Below, piece after piece: positions 41,420 to 49,850 of a stretch of 64,000 nt of DNA. A model generated the notes under the pieces. That model had not been told where the DNA came from. It was given only the letters and a program-made list of their open reading frames with translations, and made no database searches. The stretch is from Rhizobiaceae bacterium (GTDB taxonomy: Bacteria; Pseudomonadota; Alphaproteobacteria; Rhizobiales; Rhizobiaceae): NCBI GenBank assembly GCA_016763155.1, contig JAESUH010000070.1, forward strand, positions 2,507-66,506. The letters run 5' to 3'. Each line of letters starts with the position of its first letter. The first letter of the stretch is position 1. The position numbers were made by a program, and so were the translations under genes.

Positions 41420-42276
41420 TATGCTGCTGTCTCCAATTGTTCATGCGACAATACCCCAGATGCAATATGGCGGGCACGGTTTAATTCGTCCAACAATTCG
41501 GCTAGGGGCGGGATGTTATCGTCGCGCTCAATCATAGTCGATACAGGGCCGAAGCGCCTTAGGGCTTTTTCATAGAGGTCAAATACTTCGTCACAAACCG
41601 GCTGGTCGTGGGTATCGATGAGCACATCGTCGCCTTCGCTGTGGCCTGCGAGATGGAATTGCACAACCCGCTCAACCGGGATTTGGTCAATGAAATTGCC
41701 GTCGTCAAACTGGTGGTTTTGTCCTGAAACAAAGACGTTGTTTACATCCAGCAATAGCCAGCAATCGGCGCGTTTGGCAATTTCTGCAACAAAGGTCCAT
41801 TCATCCATTTCGGATTCTTCGAATTCGATATAGGAGGAAACGTTTTCAATGGCGATGCGGCGACCGAGGAAATCCTGCACTTGTTCAATGCGCGAGGCCA
41901 CGTGGTTCAACGCCTCTTCTGTATAGGGAATGGGCAGCAGATCGTGGAGATTTACCCCATGCACACCGGTCCAGCATAAATGATCAGAAATCCACTTTGG
42001 ATTAACCCGATCAGCCAGGGTTTTTAATCTCGTCAGATAATCCATATTCAAGGGAGCAGTTGATGCAATCGACATGGAAACCCCGTGCATGACGAGGGGA
42101 TATCGCTCCATAATTTGATCCAGCATTTTCAGCGGGCGACCACCTTCGACCATGTAGTTTTCAGAGATTATCTCAAACCAGTCGATGGGCAATTCAGATG
42201 TCGCTTCAAGAATTTCGGTATAATGCTGAGGTCTTAACCCCAGCCCAAAACCGAGAAATGGAGGCTTTTCAACCAT
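41419..42276 (-). CDS. DUF692 / UPF0276 multinuclear non-haem iron oxidase (MNIO; BufB/MbnB-like)
   Basis: LGFGLGLRPQHY, DWFEIISENYM, HGVSMSI, ISDHLCW, IENVSSY, LLLDVNN: the hallmark DUF692 TIM-barrel blocks. Confidence 0.9.
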   Translation of the reverse strand: MVEKPPFLGFGLGLRPQHYTEILEATSELPIDWFEIISENYMVEGGRPLKMLDQIMERYPLVMHGVSMSIASTAPLNMDYLTRLKTLADRVNPKWISDHLCWTGVHGVNLHDLLPIPYTEEALNHVASRIEQVQDFLGRRIAIENVSSYIEFEESEMDEWTFVAEIAKRADCWLLLDVNNVFVSGQNHQFDDGNFIDQIPVERVVQFHLAGHSEGDDVLIDTHDQPVCDEVFDLYEKALRRFGPVSTMIERDDNIPPLAELLDELNRARHIASGVLSHEQLETAA

Positions 42277-42365
42277 GGCGTGATTCCCTGCTAGAGTATT
42301 TTTAAAAAAAATGGAAGGCCGGTTTCCTGAATGGTGTGATTACAACCATAAATTATTGTGAATTT

Positions 42366-42399
42366 GAAAGCAAAAACTCGTCCGGGAAACCGGACGAGT
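42366..42399 (-). terminator. Strong hairpin plus U-tract between the precursor gene and the MNIO gene (attenuator)
   Basis: Perfect 10-bp stem ACTCGTCCGG / CCGGACGAGT (42376-42385 / 42390-42399) with a 4-nt loop. On the minus strand it is followed by TTTTGCTTTC. Confidence 0.65.
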
Positions 42400-42429
42400 G
42401 GCAATAGTCAAAGGTGAAACCAATGAGAA

Positions 42430-42696
42430 TTACATTTGTGTAAGTGTGCCGCCTTTAGCTGTGCAATCTGCTTTGGTCATTTCCAAGAAGCCCTGGCCGC
42501 TGCAGCTGTTCAAGCCTTTGCAAGAAGATTTTGCAGTTTTACAAGCGCTCTGGCCTTTGCAAGAGTTTACGCCAAAGCACTGAATTTTTGCATCCTGTGC
42601 CATAGAAGGGGTAGCCATAGTCATTGCTGAACCTGCAATGGCAAGTGCAAATGCTGCTGCTGCAAGTGTAGCGCCTGATTTTCCGGTATGTTTCAT
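42430..42696 (-). CDS. Bufferin-like RiPP precursor: Sec signal peptide plus a 6-Cys core (BufA2 / 6-Cys class, DUF2282-related)
   Basis: MKHTGKSGATLAAAAFALAIAGSAMTMATPSMA | QDAKIQCFGVNSCKGQSACKTAKSSCKGLNSCSGQGFLEMTKADCTAKGGTLTQM. GGAG RBS 9 nt upstream of ATG 42696. Lies directly upstream of the DUF692-DUF2063 pair. Confidence 0.8.
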   Translation of the reverse strand: MKHTGKSGATLAAAAFALAIAGSAMTMATPSMAQDAKIQCFGVNSCKGQSACKTAKSSCKGLNSCSGQGFLEMTKADCTAKGGTLTQM

Positions 42697-42830
42697 AGAA
42701 CCAATTCTCCAAATAGTGTTTTCCCAAAACGGGTAAGTCACTTTGAGCAAGTTCAATGATGACTATCAATTAACGCTTTCGTGAAGTCGGGAATATAGTT
42801 CCATATTTTCCATAAGCTATTGATTTATAA

Positions 42831-42862
42831 TAAAAAATATCCGGGAGAATGCTCCCGGATAT
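42831..42862 (-). terminator. Rho-independent terminator of the SCP2 gene transcript
   Basis: 11-bp perfect stem ATATCCGGGAG / CTCCCGGATAT (42837-42862) with loop AATG. On the minus strand it is followed by a T-run (complement of A-run 42832-42837). Confidence 0.7.
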
Positions 42863-42963
42863 GAGGTTTTTGCGGCCTGTCGGCCAAATAGTAAATCAGA
42901 AATAAAGTATTCGTGAAATATTGCCGTTTTGGGCTGAATTCAACTTTGAATAGTGACTTGGGT

Positions 42964-43260
42964 TTAAAGGATTGAACTCAATTTCATGGCAACACTCATG
43001 TCGCCGTCGACCCGAATTTTTCCCTGCATAAAGGCTGCGGTGGGGTCCAGATCGCCTGCGATCAGCTCGTTTAAGGTTTCAAGGTCGAGGGATACGGTGC
43101 AATCAGCATCGCCACCATCGGTAGAAACTGTATTGGGAGTGGATGCACCATCAACAAAGACGGAGCCGTCATCACCACAATCGAATTTTACAGTGGCGCC
43201 GAGGCCGCTGGAATCGCCGACTTTGGCACGGATTGATTCTGCTGCTGCTTCAATGGTCAT
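42964..43260 (-). CDS. SCP2 sterol/lipid-carrier domain protein
   Basis: 98 aa. SCP2 pattern (TVKFD...D..F..G....P.AAFMQGKI.V.GDM..AMKL). Confidence 0.85.
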   Translation of the reverse strand: MTIEAAAESIRAKVGDSSGLGATVKFDCGDDGSVFVDGASTPNTVSTDGGDADCTVSLDLETLNELIAGDLDPTAAFMQGKIRVDGDMSVAMKLSSIL

Positions 43261-43362
43261 TGAATATTCCTTTGTAATCCGAATAATTCTTACTATTACG
43301 TAAGATGTAATAGACTTGCATTAAACCAAGCGGGCAGGGGAGTAAAGACCCCTGCTACAATC

Positions 43363-44985
43363 TCACTTCATCAACACGTCACCAAATGATTCCCGCAAAA
43401 GGTTTTTGCGGATTTTTCCAGTGGCATTGCGAGGGATCTCATCGGTAATTTGTACCGCATCCGGTATCCACCATTTTGCAACTTTTCCCTCATAGAATTT
43501 CTGCATATCTTCGGTGGTTACGGTTTTGCCTTCAACGGGAACAACAATTAGTAATGGGCGCTCTTCCCATTTTGCGTGTCGTGCTGCAATGACGGCTGCG
43601 TCTGCAATATTTGGATGGGCCATAGCGAGACCTTCCAGTTCAACGGACGAAATCCATTCGCCGCCAGATTTGATGATATCCTTGGAGCGATCACGAATGG
43701 TCATGTTGCCATCGGCATCGATGACTGCCACATCGCCGGTTGGGAACCAGCCATCGACCAGTGGGTCACCACCTTCACCGCTGAAATATTCTGAAATGAC
43801 CCATGGGCCACGGCAGTAAAGATCACCCTGGGCAATTCCGTCATTTGGCAATTGGTTTGCTTCTTCGTCAAACACGCCAAGTTCTATGCCAAAGGGCGGG
43901 CGCCCCTGATTGATGCGCAGTGCGTTCTGCTCTTCCTTAGACAGGGACAGGTGCTTGTATTTCAAATTGTTGACGGAACCCAGCGGGCTAAGCTCTGTCA
44001 TGCCCCATGCATGAATAACATCCACATCATAATCATCTCTGAAGGTATCAATCATGGAAGGTGGGCAGGCCGAGCCGCCAATGACCGTGCGGTCCATATG
44101 CGGTAATTTGGTATTGGTATCGCTCAAATGTTGCAACAGTCCAGACCAAATGGTGGGAACGCCTGCGCTAAAGGAGACCTTCTCCCTATTGAGTAATCCT
44201 ACCAGACTTTTGCCGTCTAGGCCGGGACCCGGCATGACCAGTTTTGCGCCGACCAACGGTGCGGAATAGGCAATGCCCCAGGCATTGACATGAAACATCG
44301 GGACCACGGGCAATACGCTGTCGCAAGCCGAGAGGTTCATGACATCAGGCGTGGCGCTCATAATGGTGTGGAGCAGGGTAGAGCGATGAGAATAAAGCGC
44401 GCCCTTTGGATTGCCGGTAGTACCAGAAGTGTAACACAGGCTGGAGGCGTCTTTTTCATCCAAGTCAGCTGACCAACTTGCGTTTTCGTCTCCTGTTGCC
44501 AGAAAATCTTCGTAAGACTCCATCCATGGATGAGCGGCGGCCAGTTCCTCGTTATGTGGTTCCATCAGCACGAACAATTCAACGCAGGTTAATTTATCAC
44601 GCAAGGCATCAACCAGTGGAAGGAACGTCTGATCAAAGAAGATGATGCGGTCTTCGGCGTGGTTGATGATGTAGATAAATTGTTCCGGGAACAGGCGCGG
44701 ATTGAGAGTGTGGCAGACAAGGCCAGCGCCGGGGATTGCGTAATATAATTCAAGGTGGCGATGGTTGTTCCAGGCGATGGTGGCAATACGATCTGATTTG
44801 TTCATGCCACGCTTTAAAAGAGCTGAACTAAGTCGCAATGCTCTTGCGCGAACCTCTGCATAATTTGTTCGGGTCTCACCGCCATTGGTGTTTACCGAGA
44901 TTACTTCACCATCACTGTGATATTTCGCGGCGTGGTCAATTATTCCCGAAATGAGCAATTGTTGCTCCATCATCAAACCATGCAT
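43363..44985 (-). CDS. Medium/long-chain acyl-CoA ligase (AMP-binding)
   Basis: YTSGTTGNPKGA motif. Start ATG 44985 follows GGAGGA with a 6-nt spacer. The ORF-track extension to 45177 is AT-rich, non-conserved and would overlap ilvA. Confidence 0.88.
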   Translation of the reverse strand: MHGLMMEQQLLISGIIDHAAKYHSDGEVISVNTNGGETRTNYAEVRARALRLSSALLKRGMNKSDRIATIAWNNHRHLELYYAIPGAGLVCHTLNPRLFPEQFIYIINHAEDRIIFFDQTFLPLVDALRDKLTCVELFVLMEPHNEELAAAHPWMESYEDFLATGDENASWSADLDEKDASSLCYTSGTTGNPKGALYSHRSTLLHTIMSATPDVMNLSACDSVLPVVPMFHVNAWGIAYSAPLVGAKLVMPGPGLDGKSLVGLLNREKVSFSAGVPTIWSGLLQHLSDTNTKLPHMDRTVIGGSACPPSMIDTFRDDYDVDVIHAWGMTELSPLGSVNNLKYKHLSLSKEEQNALRINQGRPPFGIELGVFDEEANQLPNDGIAQGDLYCRGPWVISEYFSGEGGDPLVDGWFPTGDVAVIDADGNMTIRDRSKDIIKSGGEWISSVELEGLAMAHPNIADAAVIAARHAKWEERPLLIVVPVEGKTVTTEDMQKFYEGKVAKWWIPDAVQITDEIPRNATGKIRKNLLRESFGDVLMK

Positions 44986-45141
44986 ATGAATTCCTCCAAC
45001 TAAAATCTGCTTTAAGTCTATTCCAATAAGTGGTGGTGTGTGAAGGATATTTTGATGAATTGCAAATCTATTTTTGTTGAAGAATTCGTGGGATTCAAAT
45101 AAGATTGTCTGAAATATTGAGCCAATATATGGAAAATAAAT

Positions 45142-46398
45142 ATGGCTGATTTTGTAATCGAAACTGCCCGGGTTCATGCAGACTTAAAAGCGGTACTTGA
45201 ACCCACGCCGCTGCAATATAATCAATATCTTAGCGATCTGCATGATGCGGATATTTGGCTGAAGCGGGAAGATTTGTCTCCGGTTCGCAGTTATAAAATT
45301 CGCGGGGCCTATACGTTTTTCAATGAATATTTGAAGCAGGACAATTCAATTGAGCATTTTGTTTGTGCTTCTGCTGGCAATCATGCGCAGGGTTTTTCCC
45401 ATGCTTGCCGCAATTACAAAAAAAATGGCGTGATATTTATGCCGATGACAACGCCACAGCAAAAAATTATGAAAACCAAATCCTTTGGCGAAACTTATGT
45501 GGAAGTTGTTCTGGTGGGGGACAGTTTTGACGAGGCCAATCAGGCCGCCCTTAAATATTGCAAAGAAAAAGGCGGAGTTATGGTGCCGCCTTTTGATGAT
45601 GAACGGATCATCCTTGGGCAGGCGACAATTGCTAAGGAAATATTGGAACAATTGCCGGATGGGACTCGGGTTGATTTAATGATCCTGCCGGTTGGTGGTG
45701 GTGGTCTGGCGGCAGGTGTTACCCAATATTTGAAGGAACGATCTCCCGATACAGAATTTTATTTTGTTGAACCGGACAACGCTCCGAGCCTGCATAATAG
45801 CTTGAAGGCTGGCGAGCGGATTAAATTGCTTGGCATTGATAATTTCATTGATGGAGCAGCGGTTGCAGAAATTGGGGCGATAAATTTTGGCTACCTGAAA
45901 GGGTTTGATGCATCGCAGATTGTGCTTGCACCAACCAATGGCGTTTGCGCCACAATGATTGAGATGCTCAATATTGAAGGCATCGTGCTTGAGCCCGCAG
46001 GCGCTTTATCCGTCGATGCGCTGAAACGATTGCCCAAGGAACAGGTGGTTGGGAAAACCATTTGCTGCGTTACGTCTGGTGGGAATTTTGATTTCGAACG
46101 GCTGCCGGAAGTCAAAGAGCGCGCATTGAAATTCTCAGGTTTGAAGAAATATTTCATATTGAAATTACCTCAAAGGCCGGGTGCATTGAAGGACTTTCTT
46201 TTAATGCTTGGACCCAATGATGATATTGCGCGGTTTGAATATTTGAAAAAATCGGCTCGAAATTTTGGTTCGGTATTGATTGGAATTGAAACCACCAATG
46301 CCGAAAATTTCGAAGTTCTTACAGATAAATTTGATGAAGGTGGGCTTGGGTTTCAGGACATTACAGATAATGATCTTGTGGCAAGTCTGGTGATATAG
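45142..46398 (+). CDS. ilvA: Threonine ammonia-lyase (short form, one regulatory domain)
   Basis: PLP Lys motif (SYKIRGA), GNHAQG, GGGGL loop, about 418 aa. Confidence 0.88.
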   Translation: MADFVIETARVHADLKAVLEPTPLQYNQYLSDLHDADIWLKREDLSPVRSYKIRGAYTFFNEYLKQDNSIEHFVCASAGNHAQGFSHACRNYKKNGVIFMPMTTPQQKIMKTKSFGETYVEVVLVGDSFDEANQAALKYCKEKGGVMVPPFDDERIILGQATIAKEILEQLPDGTRVDLMILPVGGGGLAAGVTQYLKERSPDTEFYFVEPDNAPSLHNSLKAGERIKLLGIDNFIDGAAVAEIGAINFGYLKGFDASQIVLAPTNGVCATMIEMLNIEGIVLEPAGALSVDALKRLPKEQVVGKTICCVTSGGNFDFERLPEVKERALKFSGLKKYFILKLPQRPGALKDFLLMLGPNDDIARFEYLKKSARNFGSVLIGIETTNAENFEVLTDKFDEGGLGFQDITDNDLVASLVI

Positions 46399-46404
46399 GA
46401 AAAA

Positions 46405-46902
46405 ATGATGGCTGATAAAATGAATCCAATTCGGGATACAGATGACGATGCGCGCATTCTTGCTCGCAAACTGATTGCGGAGGCAACTTTTGGCGCTATT
46501 GCGGTTCAGGAACCGGATACCGGCGTGCCGCTGGTGAGCCGTGTGGCGATTGCCACTGACCCTGAAGGCAGGCCGATATTTCTGGCCTCTGAACTTTCCA
46601 TTCATTCGAAATGCCTCGAACAAAACGGCAAGTGCTCTGTGCTTTTGGGAGAGCCCGGCAAGGGGGATCCGCTGGCCCATCCGCGCATAACCCTGATTTG
46701 CAATGCGGTGAAAATCGAACGCGGCTCAAAAGAAAGGGACCGCCTGCGCGATCCCTTTCTGGAGCAACACCCAAAGGCGAAGCTCTATATAGATTTTGGT
46801 GACTTCCATTTCTACCGATTGGAGATTGAACGGGCCAATCTCAATGGTGGATTTGGTAAAGCCTATCTTCTAACCGCGGAAGACTTTGCCGTTAATTCTT
46901 AA
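46405..46902 (+). CDS. Pyridoxamine 5'-phosphate oxidase-like / HugZ-family FMN- or haem-binding protein
   Basis: Split-barrel family pattern; 165 aa. Its 3' end overlaps the convergent allantoicase gene by 33 nt. Confidence 0.7.
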   Translation: MMADKMNPIRDTDDDARILARKLIAEATFGAIAVQEPDTGVPLVSRVAIATDPEGRPIFLASELSIHSKCLEQNGKCSVLLGEPGKGDPLAHPRITLICNAVKIERGSKERDRLRDPFLEQHPKAKLYIDFGDFHFYRLEIERANLNGGFGKAYLLTAEDFAVNS

Positions 46903-47913
46903 TCTGCTGACACCGCCATCTGGGCGGATGTTGAAGCGGATATGGGTGATGGGTTTTTGCGAGACAATCTTTTCAGAGTCATATTGATGGACGAAATCCA
47001 TCTGTAGTTTTTGCCCTGGCAAGATGACTTCCCAATTTTCTGAGGCTTCCAATTCTTCCGGTGAAAGATCTGTATTATGATCTGGCAAATATGCCCCAAG
47101 CACTTCGCCGGTTTCTGGATAGTTTCCTTTAAAATGCGCTGTGTCGATGGTAACCGATGATATGGTGCCGGCATGGCCCAGGCGGATGATGGTCCAGTCA
47201 TAGCCCGGCCCGCGGCGACGTGCTGTTTCCCAGCCATCGCCCATATTCACACCACGACCTGGTGTAAGCAGCTTTTCCGGTGAACCGTAATGTGAATCGG
47301 ACCAATGCAAGGGTTGTGCGCCGTGAAACAGGAAGGCCAGGTCGATCTCTTGATCGTCGGCCACTTTGCTCCAGTCAAAATGACTTTGGCCATAGACCCG
47401 CAACCGGGCAACGCCGCCATCTGGATAAATATGCAGGCGCAAATGGGTCCAGATTTCTTCACCCATTTTTTCAGGATCATCGATCGGTTTGAAATGATGA
47501 GAGTCGGGGCCAAGTTCCTTGGAGGATAATATCTCCTGCCAATCGGAATTCTCGTCCGGGGTTTCACCTTCCTCCAATTTCACTGCTTCGATGGAAGCTG
47601 CTGGCGCGTTATTTCCGGTAAAATGCGAGGTGTCGATATTAAAACCTGCGATTGAACCGGGGCGTGCCAATTGGATGATGGCCCAGTCATGGCCCGGTGT
47701 GCGTTTGCGTCGGGATTCCCAACCATCCATCCATTTGCCATTGTCATCAAATTTATCAGGAATGAAAACCGGAGCATCATCGCTCAACATGCGAGAGAGC
47801 GGCGCAAAAAATTCGTCCGATGTGGCGATAGCGCGCGCGCCAAGGCTGGCGGAGGCGAGGTTGATGGTGCCATTTACGAAATCAGGAAGGGGTGTTTGAT
47901 CAGGTTTTTGCAA
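46870..47913 (-). CDS. alc: Allantoicase
   Basis: Duplicated allantoicase repeat (SDEFFAP...GKWMDGWESRR and GDGWETARRR). Confidence 0.9.
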   Translation of the reverse strand: MQKPDQTPLPDFVNGTINLASASLGARAIATSDEFFAPLSRMLSDDAPVFIPDKFDDNGKWMDGWESRRKRTPGHDWAIIQLARPGSIAGFNIDTSHFTGNNAPAASIEAVKLEEGETPDENSDWQEILSSKELGPDSHHFKPIDDPEKMGEEIWTHLRLHIYPDGGVARLRVYGQSHFDWSKVADDQEIDLAFLFHGAQPLHWSDSHYGSPEKLLTPGRGVNMGDGWETARRRGPGYDWTIIRLGHAGTISSVTIDTAHFKGNYPETGEVLGAYLPDHNTDLSPEELEASENWEVILPGQKLQMDFVHQYDSEKIVSQKPITHIRFNIRPDGGVSRLRINGKVFRG

Positions 47914-47921
47914 GGCTAATT

Positions 47922-49340
47922 TTACTCCGGTAGTAGGTCGTTAAGGCGCAGACGGGCGATTTTTTCCACTTGCTGACAAGCGGTAGAAAATTCGGCATCG
48001 GCGTCATTGTTAATACGTGTTTTGAAGGCGCTCAATATTTCTGATTTGGATAGACCTTTTACCGCGATGATGAAAGGGAAACCAAATTTGGCGACATAGT
48101 CATTGTTGAGGCCGGTGAAAGTGGTGCGCTCTTCATCGGTAAGTGCGTCGAGACCGGCGGAGGCCTGTTCGCTGGTAGATTCAGCGGTGAGTTGCTTGGC
48201 AGCAGCTAGTTTTCCGGCCAGATCGGGGTGAGCGTTTAGGACGCCCAATCGTTCTTCATGGCTGGCAGAACGGAACTTTCTTGCCAAAGCCGAGTGAAGA
48301 CCTGCGACACTATCGTGGGCGGGTCCAAGTTCATCGGCATGGGCGCGTCCTGCAATCCAAGGGGAATTTTCAAAAACTCCGCCATATGCCTTGAGAAATG
48401 TTTGCTGCTCCATCCGGCTTGGTCGTTCGAACGGCCTATAGGGATGATGTTCAATCCAGTGATTGGCAATATCGATGCGACGCGGAAACCATACATTCTC
48501 GTGGCCCATGGCATATTCGATAAAACGCTTCAGCGCAGCAATACGGCCGGGACGCCCGACAAGGCGGCAATGGAGGCCGATATTGAATAATTTTGGTGCG
48601 CCTTCGCAGCCTTCCTCATAAAGAATGTCGAAAGAATCTTTTAGATAAGTGTAAAACGGATCGCCGCTGTTAAATCCCGCAGGGATGGCAAAGCGCATAT
48701 CATTGCTATCGAGGGTATAGGGAATGATTAGTAGCGGCTTTTCCCCGGTATCATGCCAATAGGGCAAATCGTCGGAATAAGAATCGGAGCAATAGGTAAT
48801 GCCTTTCTGCTCGGAAACCAGATCAACCGTATTTATCGAACAACGACCGGTGTACCAGCCCTGTGGTGCGCTGCCGGTTACTTCCTTGTGCAGCCGGATG
48901 GCTTCTACAATATCGGCGCGTTCATCCTCTGGCGCATAATCTTTATACTCAATCCATTTTAGGCCGTGGGAGGCTATTTCCCAACCGGCATCCTGCATGG
49001 CGGCAACCTGTTCCGGCGCGCGTGCAAGGGCTGTTGCCACTCCATAAACTGTGACCGGGATTTCCTTGCCGGTGAATAATTTGTGCAGACGCCAAAAGCC
49101 TGCGCGTGCACCATATTCATAGATGGTTTCCATGTTCCAGTGGCGTTGCCCCTGCCACTGGGCGGCCCCTACGATCTCGGAAAGAAATGCTTCAGATGCG
49201 GCATCCCCATGCAGAACATTGTTTTCGCCGCCTTCTTCATAATTGATGACGAACTGAACCGCTATTTTTGCGCCATTGGGCCATTTGGGGTCGAGACCGT
49301 TCGGGCCATTTCCGCGGAAATCTCTTGGATATCTGTTCAT
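47922..49340 (-). CDS. puuE: Fusion protein: allantoinase PuuE (polysaccharide-deacetylase type) plus OHCU decarboxylase
   Basis: The N-terminal ~300 aa show the PuuE pattern (WPNGAKIAVQFVINYEEGGEN). The C-terminal ~165 aa show the UraD pattern (HPDLAGK, ST.EQASAGLD, KFGFPFIIAVKG). Confidence 0.88.
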   Translation of the reverse strand: MNRYPRDFRGNGPNGLDPKWPNGAKIAVQFVINYEEGGENNVLHGDAASEAFLSEIVGAAQWQGQRHWNMETIYEYGARAGFWRLHKLFTGKEIPVTVYGVATALARAPEQVAAMQDAGWEIASHGLKWIEYKDYAPEDERADIVEAIRLHKEVTGSAPQGWYTGRCSINTVDLVSEQKGITYCSDSYSDDLPYWHDTGEKPLLIIPYTLDSNDMRFAIPAGFNSGDPFYTYLKDSFDILYEEGCEGAPKLFNIGLHCRLVGRPGRIAALKRFIEYAMGHENVWFPRRIDIANHWIEHHPYRPFERPSRMEQQTFLKAYGGVFENSPWIAGRAHADELGPAHDSVAGLHSALARKFRSASHEERLGVLNAHPDLAGKLAAAKQLTAESTSEQASAGLDALTDEERTTFTGLNNDYVAKFGFPFIIAVKGLSKSEILSAFKTRINNDADAEFSTACQQVEKIARLRLNDLLPE

Positions 49341-49427
49341 GTTTGTGCCGAAATAATTGAGATTGCAGTTTTATCGAAATTGCCATTGCCAAATAAGGTC
49401 AAAGTGTAAAAACTATATGTCACAAAA

Positions 49428-49439
49428 CCATGCGCATGG
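49428..49439. promoter_or_regulatory. Perfect 12-bp palindrome CCATGCGCATGG in the puuE/uraH divergent promoter region
   Basis: Read directly from the sequence; the function is inferred only. Confidence 0.35.
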
Positions 49440-49490
49440 GATGGAACCCAGTCAAGCGTATGGTAAGAAAAAATGAGGGACAATTAAAAT

Positions 49491-49847
49491 ATGAGCGGCT
49501 TCCTTACGACCCATGTTCTGGACACAGCCAGCGGAAAACCCGCAAGTGGCTTGGCAATAACGCTATATCGCGACAATAACGGCGAATTGGAAAAATTGAA
49601 ATCGGTAGTGACCAATGAAGATGGCCGCTGCGATGGACCAATTCTGGACCAGTCCGAATTTGCAATTGGCACCTATGAGTTACACTTTATGGCGGGAGAT
49701 TATCTCAAACGTCAGGGTGGTGATTTGCCTGACCCACTGTTTTTGGATGTGGTGCCAATTCGCTTTGGTATTGCAGATAAAACATCTCATTATCATGTGC
49801 CTCTGCTGATTTCAGCCTTTGGCTATTCAACCTATCGGGGGAGCTAA
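49491..49847 (+). CDS. uraH: 5-hydroxyisourate hydrolase (transthyretin-like)
   Basis: [14 protein letters not shown]-terminus and C-terminal YRGS signature. Confidence 0.93.
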   Translation: MSGFLTTHVLDTASGKPASGLAITLYRDNNGELEKLKSVVTNEDGRCDGPILDQSEFAIGTYELHFMAGDYLKRQGGDLPDPLFLDVVPIRFGIADKTSHYHVPLLISAFGYSTYRGS

Positions 49848-49850
49848 ACC

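Noticed and set aside
42697-42830. Possible ECF/EcfG-type promoter (GAAC ... CGTT) upstream of the RiPP precursor gene.
   Set aside because: The spacing between the GAAC and CGTT elements is 19 nt by my count, longer than the 16-17 nt expected. There is no adjacent sigma/anti-sigma gene. This is too weak to call.
44986-45177. N-terminal 64-aa extension of the acyl-CoA ligase ORF that would overlap the divergent ilvA start.
   Set aside because: The extension is AT-rich and non-conserved. A strong GGAGGA-N6-ATG is present at 44985, exactly where homologous ligases begin (MHGLMMEQQLL...).
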